Shown piece by piece: positions 37,414-47,252 of a DNA stretch of 60,849 nucleotides; the stretch's first letter is position 1; each line of letters opens with the position of its first letter. Both the position numbers and the translations under genes were made by a program. The stretch is from Actinomycetota bacterium (GTDB lineage: Bacteria > Actinomycetota > CADDZG01 > JAHWKV01): assembly GCA_035536315.1 (NCBI GenBank), contig DATLOJ010000058.1:1-60849 (forward strand), given 5' to 3'. The notes beneath the pieces were generated by a model. It was given only the letters and a program-made list of their open reading frames with translations. It had not been told where the DNA came from and made no database searches.

Positions 37414-37715
37414 CGAAAACGGCTCGGGAATCTGGATTTCTTGTAGCTGCACTGAGTCCTTCAGCCGCCCGATAAAGGTCTTCTCAGCGCTCATCTTGTC
37501 ATCCGCGATTTGCCATTCGACGCAGTAAAGCTCGCTGCCGACCACCCCGATGTCGTCATCGACTCCTGAAACATCGACTGTGCTTTTGGGCATGCTCCAA
37601 TGGTGAGGCAAACCGGGCGAATCGACAAGCCTTTTTTTGAGCTTTTGCTCGGTCAGGCGGTCTTATGATCCCAGCGGTTGCAACAGCAAGGCTCTGTCCA
37701 GCGTGGAGAGCGAGG

Positions 37716-38957
37716 TCAACGGCGGCGGCGGCCTCTGCCTCTCGTTCCTCCGCCTCTGCTCCTAAAGACAACTCTGGGCGAGACGATGGGAATGTCGGAC
37801 TCCCCCAGTTCCGTCTCCAATTTGAGCCTTTGCGCAAGCCGAGAGAAGTCGGAAACCTGATCGGGTAGCAGCAAAGTGATGACTTCTCCCGCGCGGCCGG
37901 CACGTGCCGTACGACCGGCTCGGTGTACATAAGCCTTGTCGTCCTCCGGAGGGTCGAAGTTGACCACGTGTGTGATGTGATCGAGGTCCAAACCGCGCGC
38001 GGCTACCTCTGTCGCAACGAGGACGTCCGCTTTCCCCGATTCGAACCTGGCGAGCGTTCTTTCGCGCGCGGGCTGGGTCATGTCTCCGTGCAACGCCTGC
38101 GCCTTGAACCCCTGGTTTTTCAAGGTGCGCGCTACCCGGTCCGCCGCCCTCTTTGTACGCGTGAAGATAAGGACAAGGCCTCTTTCCCCGGCAGCCAGCT
38201 CCCTGACGAGCAGATCCGTCTTCGAATCTCTGTCTGTCGTGAGAAACCGATGCGTGGCTTCTGCCACCACCGGCCGGGCTTCGATGACCTCATGAAGAAC
38301 AGGATCCTTTGTATATCTGGACGCCAGACGCCCCACCTCGCCATCGAGCGTTGCGGAAAACATCATCGACTGTCGCTTTGTAGGCAGCATTCCGAGGATT
38401 CGGGATACATCTGGCAGAAAACCCATATCAAGCATGCGGTCGGCTTCGTCGAGGACGCAGACGGAAACCGCATCCAATCGAAGAAGCTTGCGGCCCACCA
38501 GATCAATCAGCCGGCCGGGAGTTGCGACGATGATTTGAGACTTCGAGGCTTTTTTGGCCTGCTCGTTGATTCCGACCCCGCCGTAAACGGTGGCTACCTT
38601 CAATCTCTTGACGTCTGCAATTCCTCTGAACTCCAGAGCAACCTGAGTAGCAAGTTCCCGGGTGGGCGTCAGTATCAATGCGGACGGCCCTCGCTCCGAT
38701 CCGGTCAGCCCTTGAACGATCGGGATCGCGAAGGCGAGTGTCTTCCCCGAGCCGGTGCGGGACTTTGCGAGGACATCCTTGCCCGCCAGGGCATCCTTTA
38801 GAACCATTGCTTGAATTGGAAATGTGCCGTTTATGTTTCTCATCGCGAGAGCATCAACAATCTCCTCCGCAACCCCAAACTGACCGAACTCGGTTTTGGT
38901 CGCGGGAATCTCCAGAGGCGTCTCGATAACAGGTTCAGATCGCGATGTTTGGGTCAT
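37716..38957 (-). CDS. rhlE: DEAD-box ATP-dependent RNA helicase (RhlE-like) with RGG-rich tail
   Basis: Q-motif F..FG, AKSRTGSGKT, PTRELA, DEAD (VLDEADRMLD), SAT, ARGLD, HRAGRTARAGR. Tail is RSRGGGTRGRGRRRR. Confidence 0.92.
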   Translation of the reverse strand: MTQTSRSEPVIETPLEIPATKTEFGQFGVAEEIVDALAMRNINGTFPIQAMVLKDALAGKDVLAKSRTGSGKTLAFAIPIVQGLTGSERGPSALILTPTRELATQVALEFRGIADVKRLKVATVYGGVGINEQAKKASKSQIIVATPGRLIDLVGRKLLRLDAVSVCVLDEADRMLDMGFLPDVSRILGMLPTKRQSMMFSATLDGEVGRLASRYTKDPVLHEVIEARPVVAEATHRFLTTDRDSKTDLLVRELAAGERGLVLIFTRTKRAADRVARTLKNQGFKAQALHGDMTQPARERTLARFESGKADVLVATEVAARGLDLDHITHVVNFDPPEDDKAYVHRAGRTARAGRAGEVITLLLPDQVSDFSRLAQRLKLETELGESDIPIVSPRVVFRSRGGGTRGRGRRRR

Positions 38958-39016
38958 ATATGTGTCTTGAATAATTGCCGGGCCTTCCAGGCGGACGTAT
39001 TGTGAACTCCCTCATT

Positions 39017-41326
39017 ATGGCCCTCAAAGTGGACGCCGTGGCTTCATCCGACGAAAGTCCATTTATTCCCCGAGGAATCGGCGGTCAGCTTACCGATCTC
39101 CGCAGCATGCTTCCTAAGGGGCAGATGCTGCCCGCCCGCACCTGGGAGGCCCGCCATCGCGGCATCCTCGTGCTTCTGTGGTTTCACGTTGTGCTGGTGC
39201 CCATCTTCGCGACTGTCAGGGGATTTTCGGTTCTTCATGCGGTCCTGGAGGGGTCGGCTGTGGGAATTCCCGCGGCGATAGCGACCGCTCCAAGACTTGG
39301 GCGGAGATTGAGAACCGTCGCTGCAAGCATTGGAATCCTGTCGGCCTCGGGCGTTCTGGTGCACCTGTCCGGAGGTTTGATCGAGATGCACTTTCACTTT
39401 TTCGTGATGGTGACGGTCGTCGCCCTCTATCAGGACTGGATCCCTTTTTTGGTCGCGATTGGCTACGTTCTTGTCCACCATGGCCTGGTCGGAGTAATCG
39501 ACCCCCGGTCGGTGTTCAACCACCAGGCCGCGATTGACAAACCCTGGACCTGGGCCGGCATCCATGCGTTCTTCATCGCCGGAATCAGCGTTGTATGCCT
39601 TGTTACCTGGAGATTGAACGAAAGCCTCTTATCGAGCAGAACTCGCGCTGAAAAGGAAAGAGCGGAGCTGTACGAATCGGAAAAAGTCGCCCGGGGACAA
39701 GCCGAGCGGGCCCAGCAACGATTGACTCTTCTTGCTGAGGCAAGCCAGCGAATGATCTCCAGCCTGGACTCGAACAAGACCCTTCAGGACGTTGCCGAGC
39801 TCACCGTTCCGGCTTTGGCCGACATCTGCCTCGTAGACGTAATCGAAGAGGACTCAACCATTCGCAGGTGGGCCGCGGTGGACGGGATAGACCGAAACGG
39901 AGCAATCGCCGGTTCGATGAGAGATGAGGCCCTCGATCTATCCGATTCCATGAACCCCATAGTGGAGGTATTGAGGACGGGTGTCTCCCGCGTCATGGAA
40001 GAGATGCCTACGCCTGAGATTGCGCACGCTCTTGTGGGGGTGGTTGCGTCCGCGGGGGTTGTTCCGACCTCGGCCATCATCGTCCCCCTCGAAGGACACA
40101 AGGGAATACTGGGGAGCATTTCATTCTTTACCGTGGCGGAATCGGGCCGGGCACTCGAGCCCGAGGACCTTCCGCTTGCGAGTGAGCTTGGCAGAAGGGC
40201 GGGAACGGCCCTCGAGAATTCCCGGTTATACGCCAGGGAAAGAACGGTCGCGGAAACCCTTCAGAGGAGCCTGTTGCCCGTTCATCTTCCGGAGATCCCT
40301 GGCCTCGAATCGGGAGCCCGCTACCTGCCCGGCGGCCCGGGCGTAGAGGTGGGCGGCGATTGGTACGACGTGTTTCTTCTTCCGGGGGGATCAGTTGGAA
40401 TTGCCATGGGAGACGTGATGGGCCGGGGGATTCCTGCAGCTTCTTTGATGGGACAGCTGCGAAATGCCTTGCGCGCCTTCGCCTACGACAACCTCCCGCC
40501 GGCAGAAATACTCCAAAAGCTGCACAGGCTGGTTCAGGCGGATGAGTCCGAATACCTTGCAACGGCGGTGTACGCGACATGGGATCCGGATGATGGGACT
40601 CTACGTATGGCAAATGCGGCTCACCCCCCTCCCCTGTTGGTTACAGGAAGTGGCAATAGATTCGTGAAAGAAGCAACGTCGGCCCCCCTCGGCGCCATCC
40701 CACACATCACATTCGAGGAGACGGCCTTTGCGCTCATCGAAGGCGACACGCTCATTCTCTATACGGACGGGCTCGTTGAAGATCGCAATACGGCCCTCGA
40801 CGCCGGGTTGGGGCATCTCATGAAGGCTGTTGAGAGCGGGCCGTCGAACGTGGACCAGTTGAGTGGGTGGATCGTCTCGGAAACGTTGAGAGACCGGGTT
40901 ACGGATGACGATGTTGCCGTGCTGGTCATCCGTCCCTCGCAGTCGACAACCCGGATCTCGCTGAACGTTCCTGCAGACCCTCGAATGCTCGCGCCGCTAC
41001 GTTCGACCCTTCGCAGATGGCTAACGCGAAATGGCATCGGCCCCGACGCCACTTACGGCATCCTTCTTGCGTGTGGTGAGGCGTGCGCGAATGCAATCGA
41101 ACATGGATCCAAGCCCTACACGGGACACTTCCAACTAGAAGCACTGGCAGAAGAGGGTGAGCTAAGAATCGCAGTCAAGGATGAGGGGACCTGGCGTCCC
41201 AACCGCCCCACCGAAGGGGGCCGGGGCATTGGGATCATGGAGTCCTTCGCCAAACATCTGGACTTAACCAAGACACCGGAGGGCACGACCGTAACTCTCA
41301 GTTGGTCGGATGAGGTATTCCGGTGA
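39017..41326 (+). CDS. Membrane sensor: His-rich multi-TM module + coiled coil + GAF + PP2C (SpoIIE-type) phosphatase + RsbW-like HATPase domain
   Basis: The TM region has HFHFF and VLVHHG. PP2C motifs are GGDWYDV ... GDVMGRGIPAA ... LYTDGLVE. The C-terminal ...ACGEACANAIEHG...GGRGIGIM is anti-sigma-kinase-like. Start is uncertain (TTG 38975 or ATG 39017). Confidence 0.82.
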   Translation: MALKVDAVASSDESPFIPRGIGGQLTDLRSMLPKGQMLPARTWEARHRGILVLLWFHVVLVPIFATVRGFSVLHAVLEGSAVGIPAAIATAPRLGRRLRTVAASIGILSASGVLVHLSGGLIEMHFHFFVMVTVVALYQDWIPFLVAIGYVLVHHGLVGVIDPRSVFNHQAAIDKPWTWAGIHAFFIAGISVVCLVTWRLNESLLSSRTRAEKERAELYESEKVARGQAERAQQRLTLLAEASQRMISSLDSNKTLQDVAELTVPALADICLVDVIEEDSTIRRWAAVDGIDRNGAIAGSMRDEALDLSDSMNPIVEVLRTGVSRVMEEMPTPEIAHALVGVVASAGVVPTSAIIVPLEGHKGILGSISFFTVAESGRALEPEDLPLASELGRRAGTALENSRLYARERTVAETLQRSLLPVHLPEIPGLESGARYLPGGPGVEVGGDWYDVFLLPGGSVGIAMGDVMGRGIPAASLMGQLRNALRAFAYDNLPPAEILQKLHRLVQADESEYLATAVYATWDPDDGTLRMANAAHPPPLLVTGSGNRFVKEATSAPLGAIPHITFEETAFALIEGDTLILYTDGLVEDRNTALDAGLGHLMKAVESGPSNVDQLSGWIVSETLRDRVTDDDVAVLVIRPSQSTTRISLNVPADPRMLAPLRSTLRRWLTRNGIGPDATYGILLACGEACANAIEHGSKPYTGHFQLEALAEEGELRIAVKDEGTWRPNRPTEGGRGIGIMESFAKHLDLTKTPEGTTVTLSWSDEVFR

Positions 41327-41679
41327 CCGCCCATGCGCACTTCGACGTGGTTAACACGAAAGACCTGACCACGGTGTCGATCACGGGTGAAGTGGACCTT
41401 TCCAATGCTGAAGAAGTAGCCGGAAAGCTCTTCGACACAGTCAAACCGGAGTCGCTTGGCCTCGTGTTGGACATTTCAGAGGTTCGCTACATGGATTCCA
41501 GCGGTATCAGTGTCCTGTTCGAGATGAGCAGGACGCTTTCAGCCCGCCGCCAATCAATGTCGCTCGTAGTACCGGAGGCTTCACCCCTGCGACCGCTTAT
41601 TGATCTAACAAGAATCCAGCTCGCGGTCAACGTGAGCGAGACAGTCGAAGAGGCGAAGGAGGCGGCCACCCGCCCCTAA
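41323..41679 (+). CDS. STAS-domain anti-sigma-factor antagonist (RsbV/SpoIIAA-like)
   Basis: LDISEVRYMDSSGISVLF contains the phosphorylatable Ser context. The GTGA overlaps the sensor gene stop. Confidence 0.85.
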   Translation: MTAHAHFDVVNTKDLTTVSITGEVDLSNAEEVAGKLFDTVKPESLGLVLDISEVRYMDSSGISVLFEMSRTLSARRQSMSLVVPEASPLRPLIDLTRIQLAVNVSETVEEAKEAATRP

Positions 41680-41717
41680 ATGAGTTGCCCCTGCAGCCTT
41701 AGAGTCCATATTCCGCC

Positions 41718-42578
41718 ATGCGAGGTCTAACTAAAGAAAACCTAAGGCACCTGTCGGTCATGCTGCGCCGGGGAAAGCGGTCCGCCCCGGCCATCTACGA
41801 GAGCATCGGACCGGACAATTTTCTCGCGCCGGCCCCCGGCTGGCTGAACATCGGCTTGTGGGAGTCAGAGCCGAATTTTCAGGATGCAGAGGGCGCCTGC
41901 CGGGCCCTGGTTCAAGAACTTTGCGGACCCCTTCCGTCGTCGGCCACTTTGCTCGACGTTGGCAATGGATTGGGGGCACAAGACCCAGTGATCAAGGAAG
42001 CACTCCATCCGGTTCAGTTGATTGCCGTCAACATCACTCATAGCCAACTAACCGCCGGCAGAAGCAGACTTGCCGAGGCCAACGCAGAGCCGGTCGTCGC
42101 TGATGCCGTCGAGCTCCCGTTCCGGAGTAATGCAGTGAACGGAATCATCAGCGTCGAGGCCGCATTTCACTTCAGCTCACGGCGTGAATTTTTCAGGGAA
42201 GCGTTTCGGGTCCTCACTCCGGGCGGAGCCATTTCTCTGTCCGACATCACTGTAGAGAGGCGTCCCACGAATTTGAGGCTGAAACTCATCGCTCTCGCGG
42301 AGCTGCGTGTTTGGGGCGTTCGATTCGATGCAGCAGTTCCCGGTGCGACGATATGCAAATGGCTCGAAGAAGCCGGCTTCACAGAAGTACAGCTGAGTTT
42401 CGTGACGAAGCGAACGATCGATCCCGCCGTCGAGTTTTTCAGGCAGAAGTTGAATCGTTCCGAAGACGTCCCCGCCATGCACAGATTCGCCGGAAGCCAC
42501 GTTGTGGAAGGGTGGGCATCATTGCGTGAGGCCGGAGTAATCGAATATGCATTGATCAGCGCGCGAAAGGCTCAATAA
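41718..42578 (+). CDS. Class I SAM-dependent methyltransferase
   Basis: Motif I LLDVGNGLGAQ and post-I/II motifs (DAVELPF, ISVEAAFHF, VLTPGGAISLSD). Confidence 0.8.
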   Translation: MRGLTKENLRHLSVMLRRGKRSAPAIYESIGPDNFLAPAPGWLNIGLWESEPNFQDAEGACRALVQELCGPLPSSATLLDVGNGLGAQDPVIKEALHPVQLIAVNITHSQLTAGRSRLAEANAEPVVADAVELPFRSNAVNGIISVEAAFHFSSRREFFREAFRVLTPGGAISLSDITVERRPTNLRLKLIALAELRVWGVRFDAAVPGATICKWLEEAGFTEVQLSFVTKRTIDPAVEFFRQKLNRSEDVPAMHRFAGSHVVEGWASLREAGVIEYALISARKAQ

Positions 42579-42637
42579 CCCACCGCCGAGTTGAGTAGCT
42601 GCTACACTGTTTGCGGTTGTAGAGGTCGGTTTCAATG

Positions 42638-42675
42638 AACGCCGCGGAGCTACGAGGCCGTGGCGTTTTTGTTTA
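42638..42675 (+). terminator. Rho-independent terminator after the methyltransferase gene
   Basis: AACGCCGCGG-agctacgag-CCGTGGCGTT (10-bp stem with one G-U) followed by TTTTTGTTT. Confidence 0.6.
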
Positions 42676-42734
42676 TCTGGACCCAATCTGCAGCACTTTT
42701 CGCCGCATTGCGGCAAAGGAAGGAGGGAACAGAT

Positions 42735-42932
42735 ATGCGTGGAACCGTTAAGTGGTTCAGCGATGAGAAAGGCTTCGGCTTCATTTCGCAAGAAGGTGGC
42801 GAGGACGTATTCGTCCATCACAGCGGAATCGTTGGCATGGGCTTCAAGTCGCTGTCCGAAGGACAGATCGTCGAATTCGAGGTCAATACGGGCCCTAAGG
42901 GCCTGCAGGCAACCAACGTTCGACCGGTCTAA
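42735..42932 (+). CDS. cspA: Cold-shock protein (CspA family)
   Basis: [30 protein letters not shown] carries RNP1/RNP2 motifs. AAGGAAGGAGGG lies upstream of the ATG at 42735. Confidence 0.95.
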   Translation: MRGTVKWFSDEKGFGFISQEGGEDVFVHHSGIVGMGFKSLSEGQIVEFEVNTGPKGLQATNVRPV

Positions 42933-42950
42933 GACCATTCATTGATGAAT

Positions 42951-42984
42951 AAGGGAGCTCCGAAAGGGGCTCCCTTATTTCTTT
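42951..42984. terminator. Rho-independent terminator after cspA (convergent gene on the other side)
   Basis: AAGGGAGC-tccgaaaggg-GCTCCCTT followed by ATTTCTTTCC. Confidence 0.6.
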
Positions 42985-43003
42985 CCAAATTCGCTCAAAA
43001 GCT

Positions 43004-43753
43004 TTACGGAGACTTGACCTTAGGGCGATACTGCCTGCCTTCATTCTCCGCGTAGGGTCTTCCGCTTGCCAGCGCACCTTCCTCGAGCAGGTCCACATCA
43101 AACGGCACCTGCCTGAACTCGATACGAGCGCTCTCGGTCCCAACGTGAAGAACCGCGTACTGCGCGATGGGGTAGATGTAAAAGTCCTCCATCTCGAAAT
43201 ACCGGTTATAGGCCACGCCGGCGCTCCCGGGATTCAGGAAGATAGAGCCGCCCACCTCGCGGGTGTATTGGATATGCGTATGGCCCCCGGCGAGATAGGG
43301 GGCCGGTGGATCGCCAAGCACCTCTCGAAATTCCTCATCGGTCAGCTCCGGGAGAAGCACCGCATCAAACGACGAAGGGCACCCGTGGAATGCGAGCAGG
43401 CGGCGGCCGCCGCCAAGCTGGATCTCGACCGTCAAGGGAAATCCGCGTATGAAATCGAGGCCGTCTTCCCCCAACTGCTTTCTTGTCCAGTCCCCCACTT
43501 GCCGTGTTGGTTCCGCCACCGGCTCATTTGCTTCATCGGTGGCGATCCAGCTGTCGGAGTTGCCCATCACCACCGGGCAGTCGAGCTCGCGTAACATCTC
43601 AACAACTTGGCGGGGCTGGGTCCCCCCCTGGACCGCGTCTCCCACGCAGACCAGGCGCTCTATTTCCTGTCGCTTGAAATCCTCGACAACCGCGGCCAGC
43701 GCTACCGCGTTCCCATGCATGTCCCCAAAAACTGCAATCATCTCGTCGGCCAT
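43004..43753 (-). CDS. Metallophosphoesterase (YfcE/MJ0936-like)
   Basis: IAVFGDMHGN, VCVGDAVQGG, GNSD, GGHTH motifs in canonical order. Confidence 0.85.
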   Translation of the reverse strand: MADEMIAVFGDMHGNAVALAAVVEDFKRQEIERLVCVGDAVQGGTQPRQVVEMLRELDCPVVMGNSDSWIATDEANEPVAEPTRQVGDWTRKQLGEDGLDFIRGFPLTVEIQLGGGRRLLAFHGCPSSFDAVLLPELTDEEFREVLGDPPAPYLAGGHTHIQYTREVGGSIFLNPGSAGVAYNRYFEMEDFYIYPIAQYAVLHVGTESARIEFRQVPFDVDLLEEGALASGRPYAENEGRQYRPKVKSP

Positions 43754-43788
43754 GAAACAGGGATTCTAATGAGGGAAGTGAGTGCGAC

Positions 43789-44487
43789 GTGACCGACTTT
43801 CCAATCATTGCGTCCGGCAGAGACTCGATCGTCCTCGATATGGGGGACGGCAGAGTCCTTCGCCGTTTCGTGGGCCATGCGGGCGCTGAGGACGACGCCG
43901 ACATCATGGAGTACGTCCGGGCTTACGGATACCCAGTCCCCGCCGTGCACGATGCGGGAGGGTGCGACCTGATCATGGACAAGATCGAAGGGCCAACCAT
44001 GTCTGCCGACTTGAGGCGAAGGCCCTGGATGTTGAAGAAGCACGCAAGGGCTTTGGGCCTCCTCCATAAGGAGCTCCACCGAATCCCGGCCCCCACCGAG
44101 CTGAAAAACCCAACGGGAAGGGGCGGTTCACTTCTTCATATGGACCTTCACCCTGAAAACGTGATCATGTCGCCAGACGGGCCGGCAGTGATCGATTGGA
44201 CCAACGCATGCGGAGGGGAAGCCGGCCTGGACGTCGCGATGACGTGGATCATCCTTTCGACCTCCGCGATGCCCGCCAGAGGGCCCAAGCGGACCTTGGA
44301 AGCTACGGGAAGAGCCCTCTTCCTTCGGCACTTCCTGAAAGCTGCTGACCCAGAGTCATGGTTGCATCTCGGAGACGCGGCGAGACTTCGCCTAGGTGAC
44401 GGAAACCTCACAAGTGAAGAAAAGAAAGTCGTAGCGAAAGTCCTCGAACACAAAGAGGTGCAGGCGCTCCGAGATCTGCACGACTAA
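43789..44487 (+). CDS. Aminoglycoside-phosphotransferase-like (APH/choline-kinase fold) kinase
   Basis: LLHMDLHPENVIMSPDGPAVIDWTNA is the Brenner/HxDxxxxN catalytic loop followed by the IDW(DFG-like) motif. Confidence 0.75.
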   Translation: MTDFPIIASGRDSIVLDMGDGRVLRRFVGHAGAEDDADIMEYVRAYGYPVPAVHDAGGCDLIMDKIEGPTMSADLRRRPWMLKKHARALGLLHKELHRIPAPTELKNPTGRGGSLLHMDLHPENVIMSPDGPAVIDWTNACGGEAGLDVAMTWIILSTSAMPARGPKRTLEATGRALFLRHFLKAADPESWLHLGDAARLRLGDGNLTSEEKKVVAKVLEHKEVQALRDLHD

Positions 44488-44966
44488 CTGAGGGCCTTAC
44501 CCACCTTTTCCGCCGCTGCGGACACCTCTGAGTAGGTCTTTTCTTCTTCGGAAAGTGTGGCCTTCAGCAGGTCTGCTGCTTCGCTGAGACCCAGCTTGGT
44601 TGCAAGGTCGACCATTGAGCTGTAGGCCTGAATCTCGTACTGCTCGACTTTCTTGGCGGCCGATGCAGCAAATACATCGAGAACTTCTGGGCTGGGGCTT
44701 TCATCACTCACGAACTTCGAGAACTCCTCGGTCAGGCCGGTTATTCCTGCACACGGCTCTCGCCTAGGCTTCCGATCGACCAACTCGAAGACCTTCTCCA
44801 GCCTGGCTATCTGCTGCTCGGTCATTTTCTTATGCGTTTTGAATCCATCTACCAGCTGCTGGTCCGAGCACTTCGATGCCATGCTTTCCAGAGCAAGCAC
44901 GAGTTTGTGCTCTGCGTCGTACAGGTCCCGCAACTCGTGTTCGAAGAGATCCTTTGCCGTTTCCAT
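44484..44966 (-). CDS. Ferritin-like DUF892 (YciE/YciF) family protein
   Basis: DLFEHELRDLYDAEHKLVLALESMA ... EQYEIQAY is typical of DUF892 stress proteins. Confidence 0.8.
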   Translation of the reverse strand: METAKDLFEHELRDLYDAEHKLVLALESMASKCSDQQLVDGFKTHKKMTEQQIARLEKVFELVDRKPRREPCAGITGLTEEFSKFVSDESPSPEVLDVFAASAAKKVEQYEIQAYSSMVDLATKLGLSEAADLLKATLSEEEKTYSEVSAAAEKVGKALS

Positions 44967-45043
44967 TCAATCCTCCATCCGATCTGTTGTTCCGCCTTTT
45001 TGCCCAAACCTGGGATGGAATAACCAAAAGTTCAGAACTCGTT

Positions 45044-45676
45044 CTAATTCTCAGCCTTATGGAATCGTGAAGGATCTCGGGGCAATCCGTCGAATCCTCT
45101 CCAGGTGAATGCCAGGAGGTAGTCGGTGACGGTCTCGCGATCCGGCTTTCCTTCTGCAAGCCACCATCCGACAACCGACTCGACGGCGCCGAGTAACGCA
45201 TGCGCGTAGATAGGGGCGCCTGTCGGGTCGATGCTTCTTGCGCGCATCACATCGCCGATTGTCGAAGCCAGTCCCTGAACAATCACATTCCTTGCGTCGT
45301 GCAGATGCAGCCACACGCTGTGATCGACCTCCGCTGCGGATTGCATCAGAAGGCGGAACCCTTCCGGGTTCTCATCCGCAAACTTCACATACGCGCCCAG
45401 TCCGTCATGGAGGCGCTGCCTTGGATCCTCCGATGAGCTCATTGCTTCCCACAGAACCTTGAGGAGCCTCTGCACGTGTTCATCGAGAACGGCGATGAAC
45501 ACCTCGGTCTTGCCGTTGGGAAAGTGGTCGTAAAGGATGGGCTTGGTCACGCCGGCCCGCCTGGCGAGCTCGCCAACCTCAGTCTTCAGGTACCCCCGCT
45601 CGCCGAAGAGCTGCCGGCCTGCCGCCAGGAGTCGAAGCCTGCGCTCCTGCCTCGTCAGGCGTGGACGGTCCTTCAT
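45044..45676 (-). CDS. TetR-family transcriptional regulator, divergent from the FAS II operon (possible FasR-like role)
   Basis: HTH LLAAGRQLFGERGYLKTEVGELARRAGVTKPILYDHF. The FasR-like role is inferred from position only. Confidence 0.85.
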   Translation of the reverse strand: MKDRPRLTRQERRLRLLAAGRQLFGERGYLKTEVGELARRAGVTKPILYDHFPNGKTEVFIAVLDEHVQRLLKVLWEAMSSSEDPRQRLHDGLGAYVKFADENPEGFRLLMQSAAEVDHSVWLHLHDARNVIVQGLASTIGDVMRARSIDPTGAPIYAHALLGAVESVVGWWLAEGKPDRETVTDYLLAFTWRGFDGLPRDPSRFHKAEN

Positions 45677-45765
45677 CTCGTAACTTACCTCCAGTAGGTT
45701 TCGCGAACGGCAAAGCTACTTCAGGTAACTAGTAACACTAGGCCATCAACCGTGTCTTACCTTAC

Positions 45766-46311
45766 GTGACGCATCCACTTTCGAGCCAATCCTCCAAAAA
45801 GGAGCTTGTTTCACGCTGGAGTGAACAAGCCTTCGAAAAGGTTTACTCACGGTATATCAAGCCGGTCCACGCATACATTCTTCGCCGCGTTCGCAACCAC
45901 CACGACGCAGAGGACATCTGCGCGCATGTCTTTGTACAGGCGTTCGACCATCTAGATCAGCAGGACGTGGAGTCACCCAGGCTCGCCTCATGGTTGTTCA
46001 CAACCGCTCGCAACGCCAGCTCTAACCACTCCAGGAGGCAACGAAAGTTCAAGGCCACGATCTCCCTCGAAGAAATACCAGATGCAGCTGGAGACTCTGA
46101 CCCTGGCGAGTTGTTTCTCAGCGGCGAGCAGCTGAGAGAGGTGCTCGCCGCCTTGGCACGCCTTCCCGAGGAGCGTCAGCGGGCCTTGATACTTCGCCTC
46201 GTCGACCAGCTCCCCTACTCGGAAGTCGCGGAACTGCTCGGTAGAAGCGAAGAGTCCTCGCGCGTCATTACCCACCGAGCGCTCGAGACACTGAAAAGGA
46301 ATGTTTCATGA
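45766..46311 (+). CDS. ECF-type RNA polymerase sigma-70 family factor
   Basis: Region 2 (YIKPVHAYILRRVRNHHDAEDICAHVFVQAF) and region 4 (LPEERQRALILRLVDQLPYSEVAELLGRSEESSRVITHRALETLK). The stop overlaps the fabD ATG. Confidence 0.85.
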   Translation: MTHPLSSQSSKKELVSRWSEQAFEKVYSRYIKPVHAYILRRVRNHHDAEDICAHVFVQAFDHLDQQDVESPRLASWLFTTARNASSNHSRRQRKFKATISLEEIPDAAGDSDPGELFLSGEQLREVLAALARLPEERQRALILRLVDQLPYSEVAELLGRSEESSRVITHRALETLKRNVS

Positions 46312-47252
46312 GCAACACCTCCACTTCCGGAACTGCGTGGATGTTTCCCGGACAGGGTTCGCAGACAGAGGGAATGCTAAGTGGCCTGTCGGCCGCCCAG
46401 CCACTTCTTAAGGAAGCTGTACGCATTCTGGGACCCTCGGCCCAAAGACTCACGGAACCCCGTCAGATGACCTGGTCTACGGACCTTGTTCAAACGGCTG
46501 TCTACATAGCCGGAGCCGGAGCCGCCAACGCCCTTAAGTCACGCGGTGTCACCCCCTCCGCGGTCCTCGGCCACAGCCTGGGTGAGGTCTCAGCGCTGGT
46601 GGCCGCCGATGTGGTCGATCCGTTGGACGGACTTCGTCTGGTCTTCGAGCGAGGTAAGGCGATGACCATAGCCGGCAAGAAAACCCCGGGAGGCATGGCT
46701 GCCGTAATAGGACTCGACTCCGAAGTCGTCGCCGGAATATGCGAATCGATCGGCCAGGTATGGGTGGTCAACTACAACTCGCCGGATCAGCTCGTAATCG
46801 CGGGCTCCGAAAAGTCCCTCGCCGCCGCGGCGGAGAAGTGTCTGCATCTGGGGGCCGTCAAAGTCAAACGGCTTGCTGTTCCGGTCGCCGCACACACGCC
46901 TTTGATGGAGCCCGCGGTCGAATCGTTTGCCAAGGTTGTAGAACAGGTTGAGTTCAGCCCTCCCGCATGCACCCTTTACTCTGCGGTGCACGCTGCTCCC
47001 AATGCGGACCCTGATGAGATCAAGCAGAACATCGTCACGGCCATTACCTCCCCTGTTCGTTTCCACCAGACCGCCGAGTCGGTCATCTCCAGCGGCATAA
47101 ACAACTTCATTGAAGTTGGGCCTGGACGAGCTCTCACCCGGATTATCGGACGCACGTTTACCGACACAACCGTCACAACAGCCGGCACCGATTCCGATGC
47201 TGAACGCATTGCTAACGAACAAACCGATCGCCCACTGGAGGTTGCTAGATGA
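46308..47252 (+). CDS. fabD: Malonyl-CoA:ACP transacylase
   Basis: FPGQGSQTEGM, GHSLGE nucleophile, VNYNSPDQLVIAG, ...AHTPLM. Confidence 0.92.
   Translation: MSNTSTSGTAWMFPGQGSQTEGMLSGLSAAQPLLKEAVRILGPSAQRLTEPRQMTWSTDLVQTAVYIAGAGAANALKSRGVTPSAVLGHSLGEVSALVAADVVDPLDGLRLVFERGKAMTIAGKKTPGGMAAVIGLDSEVVAGICESIGQVWVVNYNSPDQLVIAGSEKSLAAAAEKCLHLGAVKVKRLAVPVAAHTPLMEPAVESFAKVVEQVEFSPPACTLYSAVHAAPNADPDEIKQNIVTAITSPVRFHQTAESVISSGINNFIEVGPGRALTRIIGRTFTDTTVTTAGTDSDAERIANEQTDRPLEVAR

Noticed and set aside
37384-37611. 75-aa minus-strand ORF downstream of the DEAD-box helicase
   Set aside because: It has no recognisable family and no clear SD, and its 3' end overlaps the convergent LLM gene by 30 nt. It could be a real small acidic protein, but the sequence alone does not support calling it.
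37612-37715. GAGC-TTTT-GCTC hairpin next to a T7 run, considered as a terminator
   Set aside because: The T-run precedes the hairpin on the plus strand, and an A-run follows it on the minus strand. The geometry is wrong for an intrinsic terminator in either direction, and the stem is only 4 bp.
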